Shown: positions 32,898 to 42,603 of the stretch, one piece after another
Numbering within the stretch: the stretch's first letter is position 1
Layout of the letters: each line of letters opens with the position of its first letter
Assembly (NCBI RefSeq): GCF_000142905.1
Contig: NW_013657625.1
Coordinates: 35,690-99,689, forward strand
DNA: 64,000 nt
Direction of reading: 5' to 3'
Origin: Thecamonas trahens ATCC 50062
Taxonomy: Eukaryota; Protista; Apusomonadida
The notes under the pieces: generated by a model
Told to the model about the DNA's origin: nothing
The model's input: the letters and a program-made list of their open reading frames with translations, nothing else
Database searches by the model: none
Translations under genes and position numbers: made by a program

Positions 32898-34955
32898 GGC
32901 GTCAACGTCCGAGGCCGAAACCGACGCCGATGAAAGACCGTCGGAGGCTTCGAACGAGCGATCAGTCCGACCGGCCGACGAGCCTGAGGTGCGGATGATC
33001 TTCTCGACGGTCGAGACCTCGGCCAACACGTCGAGCTTAGAGCGGTTGAGAACAAGCTTGCGGACCGGCGAGGCCGGGGCAGCCTCGGCCATCGACGGAC
33101 CGTCGCCGCCATCGTCGAGCACCTCGATATCCGACGTGGTGTTGGCGAGCTTGGAGCGGCGGCGCCAGCGCGAGGCGTAAAAGACCACCTTGGACATGGT
33201 GGCCATGCCGAGGGTAATGGCCTTGTCCACTTCCTTCTGCGAGACAGAGATCGAGCCGAGGTTCTGGTCGAGCATCGGGTGTTCGCCGCCCTGGCAGAGC
33301 CAGGGGTCAACCTTGAGCTGCGCAATGGTGACCCGCTTTTGCGGATCCTTCTCGAGCAGTCGGAAAAGGAGCGCCCGCAGGTCCTGGTCAATCTCGACAT
33401 CGCTCGGGACTTTGACCTCGTTCTCGCGGATGAGCTTGAAGAGCGCCCGCTGAATGGCAAACGGGTTGCCGCGGGCCGGCGGAATGAACGGGAGCTTGCC
33501 AAAGAGGAACTCGTAGAGGCACACGCCGAGGGCCCACACATCGACAGCCTTGCCCTCAACCTCCTGCCCGCGAGTACAGAGCTCGGGCGCAAAGTACGCA
33601 GGCGTGCCGAGGGTTGACGAGAGAGAGTCGTCGGTGCCCTCAAAGACGTGTGAGACGCCAAAGTCGGTGATCTTGATCACGCCCTGGGCGTCGATGAGCA
33701 GGTTGTCCGGCTTGAGGTCGCGGTGGACCACACCCTGGTGGTGCAGGTACTCGAGCCCGTACACAATGTCGCGCATGTACACATAGGTGGCCTCGATCTC
33801 GAGGCCCTCGCCGTTGTGGCAGCCTGACATAACGGTGCCAAACGGCAGGTACTCCATCACAAAGTACATCTTGTTGGCAACCGAGCCATCGGTCATGACC
33901 TCACGGAGCTTGACCACATTGGGATGTGAGAGCTTTTTCATGATCGCCAGCTCGTGCCGCGGATCGGCCGCGTTCGACATGTCTTGCGACTGCACCGCAC
34001 CGGGGCGCGGACGCGCGAGTGTCTTCTTCATCTTGGCTGCGCGCAGAACTTTCATGGCAAACTGATGGTGGAACGGGTCCGAGGTGTCGATGACCCGAAA
34101 GACCTCGCCGTACGCGCCCTTGCCGAGCAGCTCCATCACCTGGTACTGGTTGATCAGCACGTCGCCGTCCTCGTCGCCGGTCAGCGTCACCTCAAACGTC
34201 TCCTTGACAGAGTGCTTGGTCGCCCTATTGGGTGTACCGGCCGTAGACGGCCGCGTGGTCGACGACGAGATGGCCCGCGGCCGCTTCGACTGCCGCTGCT
34301 TGATCGACGATATCTGGTCTTTGCGGAACGACCGGACCTCAGCCACCTCGGAGAGAATCCGCTTCATGTCCGGCCCGCAACTCACATCCGAGTCCGACTC
34401 GGACCCGCCGGCCTCCGACACCATCGACTCGTCCGACGACGACGCATTGCCGCCCTCATCACCCCCACCTTTTGTCACCTCCTCGGTCTGCACGCCGATG
34501 TCGATGCCCGGAGCCCGCGCCGCCGCACTTTCTTCCATCCTTGCTTCAGCATCAGCAGGAATCCCTAACGCTGCCGCCAGCGCCGCACGGAGAAAGACAA
34601 GCGGCTCGTCCGGCTGCAGGGTGATGAGCTGGGTGGTGAGCGACTGGAGGAGAGGACGGATACGATGGCGCTCCATGTACACTTGCGCGGCGGCATGGAG
34701 CTCGGCTCCGGCAGCCCTACGCAACAGTGACGACGTCGGTGAGTGATTACCACTTGGAGAAGAAGAATAACCACCCTGACGACGTCCGGGTGTGGCCTCT
34801 GGCCCGCTGCGTCCGTTCCCGCCCCGGCTTGGGCTCCCCACTCCCGCCAAACGTCCTGCGTCACCAGCCACGCCCGCTCCCAACGGGGAAGCAGCCCGCC
34901 CAGCATAGCCCAGCTGGGCAAGATATGACGACGGCGACCCATTCCCGGCTCGCAT
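32817..34955 (-). CDS. CAMKK-family (CaMKK/SnAK/Ssp1-like) Ser/Thr kinase with an N-terminal RIIa/Dpy-30-like docking domain
   Basis: VKET...INQY, LGKGAYGEV, AMK, R/P-rich insert, ELAIMKKLSHPNVVKL, HRDLKPDN, DFG, GTPAYFAPE, DVWALG; N-terminal AQVYMERHRIRPLLQSLTTQLITLQPDEPLVFL; (GS)n tail. Confidence 0.85.
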   Translation of the reverse strand: MRAGNGSPSSYLAQLGYAGRAASPLGAGVAGDAGRLAGVGSPSRGGNGRSGPEATPGRRQGGYSSSPSGNHSPTSSLLRRAAGAELHAAAQVYMERHRIRPLLQSLTTQLITLQPDEPLVFLRAALAAALGIPADAEARMEESAAARAPGIDIGVQTEEVTKGGGDEGGNASSSDESMVSEAGGSESDSDVSCGPDMKRILSEVAEVRSFRKDQISSIKQRQSKRPRAISSSTTRPSTAGTPNRATKHSVKETFEVTLTGDEDGDVLINQYQVMELLGKGAYGEVFRVIDTSDPFHHQFAMKVLRAAKMKKTLARPRPGAVQSQDMSNAADPRHELAIMKKLSHPNVVKLREVMTDGSVANKMYFVMEYLPFGTVMSGCHNGEGLEIEATYVYMRDIVYGLEYLHHQGVVHRDLKPDNLLIDAQGVIKITDFGVSHVFEGTDDSLSSTLGTPAYFAPELCTRGQEVEGKAVDVWALGVCLYEFLFGKLPFIPPARGNPFAIQRALFKLIRENEVKVPSDVEIDQDLRALLFRLLEKDPQKRVTIAQLKVDPWLCQGGEHPMLDQNLGSISVSQKEVDKAITLGMATMSKVVFYASRWRRRSKLANTTSDIEVLDDGGDGPSMAEAAPASPVRKLVLNRSKLDVLAEVSTVEKIIRTSGSSAGRTDRSFEASDGLSSASVSASDVDASSSRSGSCSGSGSGSGSGSGSGSGSG

Positions 34956-35461
34956 CGCCCTCTCTACTGTTCTACTCTTCTCCCCTCGCGCTCCGAGAGT
35001 AGTCGAGAGGATGATGTGCGGCGGTTATATGAGGGGCGCAGGGGAGGGAGGGAGGGAGGGAGGAGGGAGAGAAGCGAACGACCTGCTTCTTGACCAGCTG
35101 ATGTCCCCCAAACTCACCCGCAATGTCACCAAAGTTTCTTGACGAGTTTATCGATGATGGCGGGTGATAATTGTGTGCTGAGGTGAATATTGTTACAAGC
35201 ACACCACTCAATTCTAAACCCCTCCCCCCAACCAACCCCGCCCTCCCCCGCCCGTCCGCATCAACCGCCGCATCAATCATTGCATCAACCGCCACATCAA
35301 CCAACACACTCGCACACTCGCACACTCGTCATACTACTTGCTGATCTCTGCCTGCTGATCCGCCAGAGCCCGATCCCCATCGATTGCCTGCTTGCCTGGC
35401 TCGCTGCTAACATCAGACTCGAATCCGACTCGGTCATCGTCTATCGCCCCAGCTCGGTCAC

Positions 35462-37672
35462 ATGCTGCGATGGGGACGATCTGCGCTGGCTGCCGCGGGT
35501 CTCCGTCCACGGCCATCGCTGGCTCTTGGCTCGTCTGACGCCGATCCGACTGTTAACTTACATGCTGACCCTGAGGCGGCCATCGGATACCTTGCCGCCG
35601 AAGCGGCCTGGACTGAGGCGGCGGTCATGAACCCACTGGCGTCCGAGGTCGACGCCCTCGCGGCGGGCATGCTCCGCAAGCTCCCTCCAGACTCGGCCGT
35701 CCCGCCGGAGCGTGTCGGCGAGTATCTGGTGGCGGTAACCCTGCCTCCCGGGGCCGAGTATCCGGTCGTCTCGCGGACTCCCGCTGCTGCCCCCGAATCT
35801 GCGCCGCAGCTCGTCCTCGACCTCAACACCCTCTTCGACACCTTTGCCACCTCCACCCTCCAGTTTGGCGACGTCAAGCTCTCGCCGGACGGTGCCCGTG
35901 TCGCCCACGCACTCGACGTCGGCGGCGCCGGCTCCATGCATGTCTACGTCAAGGACCTCGCCACTGGGGCGTACCTTGACGCCGCCGGCTGGAGCCAGCC
36001 ACCCGGCGCTCCGCCGGCGCCCGTCACTCCCGACCCGATCTCGGCACTCGAGTGGGATGCAGACTCGAGAGGTCTGATCGTTGTCTCGGACGCTGGTGAT
36101 GCCGTCGGCATGGTGGGCGTCGGCCGCGACCGCGCTCCGTCGTCCACACACTGGTTCCTCTCTGCGCCTGCAGATAGCCAGCTCTTGAGCGAGCCAGCCC
36201 ACTTTGATCTCGGCACCACCTCGCGCCGATCATACCTCGCCGCTGGCCTCTTTGGTGCCTCGTCGTCATGCCTTTGGATCGCGCGGTCTTCCCCCGGGAA
36301 GCCTACCCCGCCGGAGGCCTTTAAGCTTGTCCGCGAGCCTGTGCCGTCCACCAAGTACTTTGCCGCCGAGTGGGGGGCCGACACCGAGCCCGATGCTCGC
36401 CTAGCTCTGATAGTTTCTTCGCCTGCTTGGCCCAACTACGCCATCGTCGACGCTGCCACCGATGAGCTCCTCCTTCCCCACGATCCAAGCTTCGCCATCG
36501 AGGACGCTGACGTCGTCGGAAATGTCGCTGTCGTTCTCGGGCGAGAGCTGGACTCGGGCCTTCCCGGCCTTCGGCTGCTGCGGCTTCCGCCTGATGCGCC
36601 ACTCGGCTCTGTGCCGCTGGCGCCAAGCCTTCCAAGCGAGCTCTCGTCGTTTGTGCCGGGCGCCAACTGGCAGCCGCCACGTGGGACGCCGTCGGCCCCG
36701 CCGTCGTACCGCCTCGTCGGCGACTCGCCCATCCATCACGAGTCGCCAGTCGACGTCAAACTCAGCGGCGCAGGCTTTGGTCGCATCGCTGCCTCGGCCG
36801 TTGCGCCTGCTGTCGCTGCCACCGTTGAGCGGTTGGCTGTCCCATCATCGCGTGATGCCGGGGTCTCTATCCCGGTCACGGTTGTCAAGCCAGCTGACGC
36901 TCCAAACGGCCCCATGCCGTTCCTCACCTTTGTGTACGGTGCGTACGGCATGTCGCTGCCCGAGACCTACGATGAGCGCTGGCTGCCGATGATTGAGCGC
37001 GGTGTTGGCCTGGCCTACATTCACGTCCGCGGCGGCAGCGAGCTCGGCCCGGAGTGGCACGCCCGAGGTGCCCGCGAGTACAAGGCCAACTCGATCTCTG
37101 ATTACGTCGACTGCCTCGAACACCTGCAGTCCACTGGCCTCGCTGATCCGAGCCGCACCGGTGCGCTTGCGCTCTCTGCAGGCGCCATTGTCGTCGCAAA
37201 CGTTATCCTCAACGCACCGCACCTGCTCTCGGCCGCCGTCTTGGACGTCCCCTTTGTCGATGTCCTCGGCGCACTCGATGCCCATCGCGGCGTTGCCGCA
37301 GCACGCGGCCTCGAGGCCGCCGACCTGGCCGAGTACGGCGATCCCCGGAGCGATGCAATGCTGCGCAAGACTATAGAGGCTTACTGCCCGCACGCGCAGC
37401 TCCTCGCGCTTTGGCGACATGCGCGCGACGCCGGCAAGGCCGACGCCGGCGGTGCCAATCGCCCCCGCCTCCTCGTTCGCGCTGCCGTCAACGACGACCG
37501 CGTCCTCCCGGCTTCGGTTGCCGCCTTTACCGCCCTCTACCGCAGCACGTTTCCCGATGCCGAGCTCGCTGTCGAGGTCGAGGACGACGTCGGCCACTTT
37601 GGCGACGCCGGTAAGATGGGCGTCGCGAGCGTCGCCGCCCGCCAACTGGCTTTTCTAGGCCTCCACAGATAA
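35462..37672 (+). CDS. S9A peptidase (oligopeptidase B/PREPL-like), possibly mitochondrial
   Basis: YLAAEAAWT, VLDLN, LSPDG, VYGAYG, HVRGGSELGPEWH, KANSISDY, ALSAGA (nucleophile), VPFVDVL, EYGDP, DDRV, GHFG; Arg-rich N-terminus. Confidence 0.88.
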   Translation: MLRWGRSALAAAGLRPRPSLALGSSDADPTVNLHADPEAAIGYLAAEAAWTEAAVMNPLASEVDALAAGMLRKLPPDSAVPPERVGEYLVAVTLPPGAEYPVVSRTPAAAPESAPQLVLDLNTLFDTFATSTLQFGDVKLSPDGARVAHALDVGGAGSMHVYVKDLATGAYLDAAGWSQPPGAPPAPVTPDPISALEWDADSRGLIVVSDAGDAVGMVGVGRDRAPSSTHWFLSAPADSQLLSEPAHFDLGTTSRRSYLAAGLFGASSSCLWIARSSPGKPTPPEAFKLVREPVPSTKYFAAEWGADTEPDARLALIVSSPAWPNYAIVDAATDELLLPHDPSFAIEDADVVGNVAVVLGRELDSGLPGLRLLRLPPDAPLGSVPLAPSLPSELSSFVPGANWQPPRGTPSAPPSYRLVGDSPIHHESPVDVKLSGAGFGRIAASAVAPAVAATVERLAVPSSRDAGVSIPVTVVKPADAPNGPMPFLTFVYGAYGMSLPETYDERWLPMIERGVGLAYIHVRGGSELGPEWHARGAREYKANSISDYVDCLEHLQSTGLADPSRTGALALSAGAIVVANVILNAPHLLSAAVLDVPFVDVLGALDAHRGVAAARGLEAADLAEYGDPRSDAMLRKTIEAYCPHAQLLALWRHARDAGKADAGGANRPRLLVRAAVNDDRVLPASVAAFTALYRSTFPDAELAVEVEDDVGHFGDAGKMGVASVAARQLAFLGLHR

Positions 37673-38518
37673 AAGCCCACGAGCTCTGCTCCAAGTAAGC
37701 CAACCACAACCACAAGGCTGTCGTGGTGAAATCAGCAGATTACCATTTGGCGGCAGCCAAGGTTGAGGCCGGTGGCGACTGCACCAGCGGCTGAGGTTGG
37801 CAAGGCCGCAGCTGAGACTGAGACTTGGGCACACTTGACTTTCTCAACGCATCAATATGTATGTTACACAAGGCAAAGATGTGCCACGTCAATGCTCTTG
37901 CTCCACGCTCATATGGGCAGAGCATGGGTGGTTGTGGTAGTCGTGAGGAGGACAGTGGGAGAGGGGGCTTGGACGGTGGTGGGATGGTGGGTAATCCCGC
38001 GACGGAATTGTGTCTGTGTGGGGGAAAAATGGAGTAGGACCTGGGTGTGGGTGGAGGGAGGAAGGTGACGATATCGATGACGACACTTCTTTTGAGGAAG
38101 AATCGGCCCCCTATCCAGGGGCTGAAGTGTTTCTATCTCAACGTCTACATTCTCCGAGGTATCGTCCCTCTCTCCATCTGACGCGCTCTTGGCTCTTTGT
38201 CAGAATCCGCGGGTGCAGCGACGAAAAATATTTTCTGTGGTTCATATTTTCTCCCCCCTTTGTGTGTATGTATCTCACACTCTCTCTCTTACTTACCTGC
38301 TGGCATAGGATCAAGTTGAACGTCGCTGGATACTTGGTGTCACCGTAGCTTGCTAAGCAAATGCAGAGTCCGCTACTGCCAACTGCGGATTCTAGATGCG
38401 CCTGCGCAAGGCGATGACGATGTCGGCATCGCTCCGCGGGCGCACACAAGCTACACAACCTGTAGTGCAACTCTGTAAAAACTGTTTCACTGCTCACAAC
38501 TGACTGGAGAGGCTGAAG

Positions 38519-39364
38519 TTAAGCAGCGAAGGTCATAGCCAGTGCTGCGGTGGCAAGAGCGACCACAGCGGTGGGGAAGAAGACCGAAGACTGATGGGCG
38601 GCGGCCGACGTCGCCGTCTTCGCCGATGTGGTGCACTGGATCAGCTTCGAGATGGAGACGGTGGAGCCGTCGGGCGCGGTGGCAGTCGTCAGATCGCACT
38701 TGTTGTTGGTAAGCGGCTGAGCGGCGGAGCAGCCCGTGGCGCAACCTGGGTTGCACCCAGTGGCCACCTGCAGGTTGCCGGAGGCGTCGCAAGTCACGGT
38801 GAGGGTGCGGTCGCTCGGCGCAATGGAGGTGCTGGTCGAGTAGAAGCATGCAAGATCCTGGATGCTCGCCATGTTGGTACCGCACGACGGTGCGTTGTAC
38901 GTGGCGCCGACGGCCTTGCCCTCGAGCGCAGTGGGGACAGCAGCAACGCACTCGGCGGCGATGTTGTACTTGGTCGTCGTCACCGTCAGCGACGACGGCA
39001 CAATGTCGCTGGTCTCGAGGCACGTCGTCGCGCTAATCGCCACAACAGGTCCGTCAACGCATCCAGTCGTGCATGCCTTGTCGTCGCAGTATGTGGCCTG
39101 GAAGGTGGAGCCACCGGCGGTGCAGGCGACCTTGAACCACTTGTTGAAGTCCGAGTCGAAAGTGCAAAGCCCGGTCTTGGTGTAGACCGTGTTCGGCTGG
39201 GCCACCGTCGCGTTGCAGCTCGACGAACGAGTGTCAAACGAATGAAGCGCAAGCCACTCGGCCGAGCAAGTGGTGGCAAGGAAAGCCACCATGCCAAAGG
39301 TGAGAACAAGGGTGAGGTTGTACGTCTGACCGCTGTGTGAGTTGCGCACCTCTGGCGGAGACAT
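38519..39364 (-). CDS. Secreted, probably GPI-anchored Cys-rich surface protein with two 8-Cys domains
   Basis: Within ORF 38519..39742. ATG at 39364 precedes hydrophobic LTLVLTFGMVAFLATTCSA; 16 Cys in the mature region; C-terminal TATSAAAH spacer plus hydrophobic tail VFFPTAVVALATAALAMTFAA. Confidence 0.75.
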   Translation of the reverse strand: MSPPEVRNSHSGQTYNLTLVLTFGMVAFLATTCSAEWLALHSFDTRSSSCNATVAQPNTVYTKTGLCTFDSDFNKWFKVACTAGGSTFQATYCDDKACTTGCVDGPVVAISATTCLETSDIVPSSLTVTTTKYNIAAECVAAVPTALEGKAVGATYNAPSCGTNMASIQDLACFYSTSTSIAPSDRTLTVTCDASGNLQVATGCNPGCATGCSAAQPLTNNKCDLTTATAPDGSTVSISKLIQCTTSAKTATSAAAHQSSVFFPTAVVALATAALAMTFAA

Positions 39365-40327
39365 TAGACAAAAATTTGCTCCGAGACCTGTCCGGGGCAC
39401 ACAACGAGGACTCGCAGCCCCGTACGCTACCGACAGAGCAGCTTGCGGAGATAGGACAATATAAGGGCAAAGATGATATCTTGTATAGACAAGAGACTGG
39501 TTGTGGGTAGAATGGTTGGACAAGGAAAGGAATGCTCTTTGGAGCTGTGGAAAGGGACCACGGGGTTGGGGCGGTCGCGGTGAAACTTTTTCACATATTC
39601 GCGACCGCTGCCGCCTTCTACCACGCCCAATACGAGGCGCAAAGAGCTTTTCCGGCAGCCCGCAAGTCATCTTCCACATAGAGTAGTCTGTAGTACTAGC
39701 TAGATGGGAGGGGGACGATAAAGAACAGACGTAGCGTACCATGTTGATACTGGTTCAAGACGGGTGTGGCGAGTTGAAAAGTCGCGCGACGCTTTTCGTC
39801 CTCAAGACGACATGGTCTCCCGCGATTTGCGACTTGATCCGACGAGCTGCACGAGTACGGGGCACACGCTACGTATTCCCTACCTTCTATGGAAAAGGAA
39901 GGGGAAATTGATACCAGCCAGCCAGCCAGAGCACGCGAGGTGGAGCAGTTCAACTGCCTTGCCGACCTTCAGCCAGACAAACAGCAGCCCCTTCCCTCGC
40001 CCGTGACCGCCGCGTGCACCATGGACAACATGTAGCCTCCTCTTGCCAGAGCCCACACATGTGGCCATACGCAGGCCTTACGGCTACATCCTGACTGCAG
40101 CGCCGATTCACAGAGTGTGAACAAGGGTCAGATCATCCGCAGCTTCATCAATGGCAGGTTGAGAAAAGGGAAAGCAGGTTAGGCTGGTGGCAATAAGTTG
40201 GCCGGCGGGTGGCGGCGGGTGGCGGGCGGGCGACCGACAGTGGGCGAAGGCACCCCACGCCGACAGGTCACACGACTAGCCGCTGAACCAAGGGCAGGGC
40301 TACTTGCAGCGAGTGAGGATCGGGGAT

Positions 40328-42571
40328 ATGAAAGTTCGTGTCAAGAGGTATCGACGTGTTCGACGGGAGGGCTCTGACGTGTCGCTAACCAGCACCAGCA
40401 CCCATGGCGAGACCGGCGGAAGCGGTGGTGACGGTGGCAGGGGCGGAGGCACAGCCGCCGGTGAGAGCAGGGGCGGGAACGGACGCAGTCTCTCGCCGTC
40501 ATCACCTGTTGTTGCCTCGGCCTCGTTTTCCGGCTTTACCCGTACATCGTCTCATCATGGTCTTCATGGCCGCCACGGCAGTGAGACTGAGACCGAGAGC
40601 GAGACCGGGACCGGGACCGGGACCGGGACCGGAACCGGGTACGAGACCCGCGGCCGACACGCGCCACGTCGCAGAGTCCTGCAGCCGCGGACTAATGGTC
40701 GCAAACACGCCCACGCAAGACGGTCGCGTCAGTCTCCGGTAGTGGCGGCAGTGGCGGCAGCGTCGGCGGCCGCGCCGAGAAAAGCAAGCCGGCGGGCCGG
40801 ATCGATCGATGGAGGAAGAGCCGGCCTGAGCAGAAGCAGGCCGACCGGCGGGCAGCGGCGCGGAAGCGAGAGCATGGTCTTGAACCGCTCGCTTTCTGTG
40901 GCGCAGCCGCTAGGCATCCGTCGGTCGCTGGAGAGCCGCGGGCGTAGCGGGTCGTCGTACTCGGGCAACTCGATGCTGTCGGTGAGCATCTCGCCGTCGA
41001 TGTCGTCGTCGTCGTCGCCGCAGGAAGACTCTCTGTCCTCAGAAGACGTTTCGTCGGGCTCGGGCGGCGAAGAGACGTCGGGCCGGCTTTCGCCGCGGAT
41101 CGAGATCTCACGGTCGTGGTCGCGCCGACGCGGACGCTCGGTCTCGGTCTCGTTCTCGTCAGACGACCCCAACTCGCCGAACCGGAGCCGAACGTACCGG
41201 CGGCGGCGCGACACACCGCCGACCCGCAACCAACAGCTGCTTGTCGAGTCTGAGGATGACGTTGAGCATAGCAGCAATGGCGACGAGTCGTTTCTCTCGT
41301 CGTCGATGGAGGAGGTCGGTATGCACCAAGAATCGACGCCGGCCCTGGTGGCGCTCGCTGACCACGTGGCGCCGCCACACGGCGGCCCAGCCGCTGCCCG
41401 TATGGCTGCAGGTAGCAAGCTGCGGTCGGCATCGATGAGCAAGCTGTCGCCGAGCCGCCGAGGCAAGCCACATGGTTACTCGCCGCCACACGCGGTGCCG
41501 AAACACAGCGCGCCGGTGGCGCAGAGCGACACTGTGGTGCCCTCGCCGTCCCGACACGCGCCACCTCGGCACGGCGGAACTGTGCCCTCGAATCCCGCAA
41601 CGCTGTCGACTGCGCAAACGCTTGCTGCCGCCCGGACTGCGCATGCATCTCCTGCTGTCGACAACACACCGCGCCCCTCGCACTCGGCCCACGTCCCGCA
41701 CGCTGCACACAAGCCGCCTGTCGCACACGACAACACACCGCGCCCCTCGCACTCGGCCCACGTCCCGCACGCTGCACACAAGCCGCCTGTCGCACACGCC
41801 CCGCATACCGCACACGCTACACACGCTCCGCATGCTGTACACGCTCCGCACGCTGCACACAAGCCGCCTGTCGCGCACGCTGTACACGCTCCGCACGCTG
41901 CACACGCCCCACACGCTCCGCACGCTGCACACAAGCCGCACGTCGCTCACGCCCCGCATACTGCACACGCCCCGCATGCTGTTCACGCCCCGCACAGTGC
42001 ACAGCAACCCCGTCCGGTTGCATCGCACGCCCCGCATGCCGCACACACCCCACATGCTGCACACGCCCCGCACACACCGTACGCTGGACGCCAACCAGCT
42101 CCTGCAACATCACATGCTCCGCACGCCGCCGCACATCCAGCTCGCCTCACTTTACCCACGCACCCCATCGCTCTATCACAACCTCGCCACGCAACGCCTC
42201 CTGCTGACCCGTTGACTCTGACAAAAACGCTCGGATCGCGCCTCGCCGACCTCGCAGCGGCCTACAATCGCGGCGCTGTCATCACCCTCTCCACCTACTT
42301 TAATTCTGCGGGCAAGATCATTCCGTCGGGCACCAAGGGCGCGGTCTATGCCGGCCGCCATGCCATCCAGGCCTACTGGAAGTCGCTGCTGGCTTCCGGC
42401 CTCAAACACCTCGTCGCCACCATCGACTCGGCCACTATCACCGGCGACGGCAACGCCTATGCCACCGGCTCCATCGCCCACTCGGCCGGCGGCGGCAACA
42501 TCGTTGTCGTCGTCTCGCGCCCATCGCCGTCAGCGCCCTTCAAGATCGACGTACTCGCCATCACAGCGTAG
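40328..42571 (+). CDS. Disordered R/S-rich protein with His-Ala-Pro repeats and a C-terminal SnoaL/NTF2-like domain
   Basis: ORF 40304..42571, ATG at 40328. C-terminus LAAAYNRG...LSTYF...YAGRHAIQAYWKSLL...GDGNAYATG...FKI matches the DUF4440/SnoaL pattern. Confidence 0.7.
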   Translation: MKVRVKRYRRVRREGSDVSLTSTSTHGETGGSGGDGGRGGGTAAGESRGGNGRSLSPSSPVVASASFSGFTRTSSHHGLHGRHGSETETESETGTGTGTGTGTGYETRGRHAPRRRVLQPRTNGRKHAHARRSRQSPVVAAVAAASAAAPRKASRRAGSIDGGRAGLSRSRPTGGQRRGSESMVLNRSLSVAQPLGIRRSLESRGRSGSSYSGNSMLSVSISPSMSSSSSPQEDSLSSEDVSSGSGGEETSGRLSPRIEISRSWSRRRGRSVSVSFSSDDPNSPNRSRTYRRRRDTPPTRNQQLLVESEDDVEHSSNGDESFLSSSMEEVGMHQESTPALVALADHVAPPHGGPAAARMAAGSKLRSASMSKLSPSRRGKPHGYSPPHAVPKHSAPVAQSDTVVPSPSRHAPPRHGGTVPSNPATLSTAQTLAAARTAHASPAVDNTPRPSHSAHVPHAAHKPPVAHDNTPRPSHSAHVPHAAHKPPVAHAPHTAHATHAPHAVHAPHAAHKPPVAHAVHAPHAAHAPHAPHAAHKPHVAHAPHTAHAPHAVHAPHSAQQPRPVASHAPHAAHTPHAAHAPHTPYAGRQPAPATSHAPHAAAHPARLTLPTHPIALSQPRHATPPADPLTLTKTLGSRLADLAAAYNRGAVITLSTYFNSAGKIIPSGTKGAVYAGRHAIQAYWKSLLASGLKHLVATIDSATITGDGNAYATGSIAHSAGGGNIVVVVSRPSPSAPFKIDVLAITA
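41640..42140 (+). repeat. Coding His-rich repeat (HAP/HAA/HTA triplets), with a 69-bp duplicated unit
   Basis: DNTPRPSHSAHVPHAAHKPPVAH twice, then HAPHTAHATHAPHAVHAPHAAHKPP... Confidence 0.9.
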
Positions 42572-42603
42572 CTTTGCAGCGGTAGAGTGACAAGCAAACA
42601 CAT

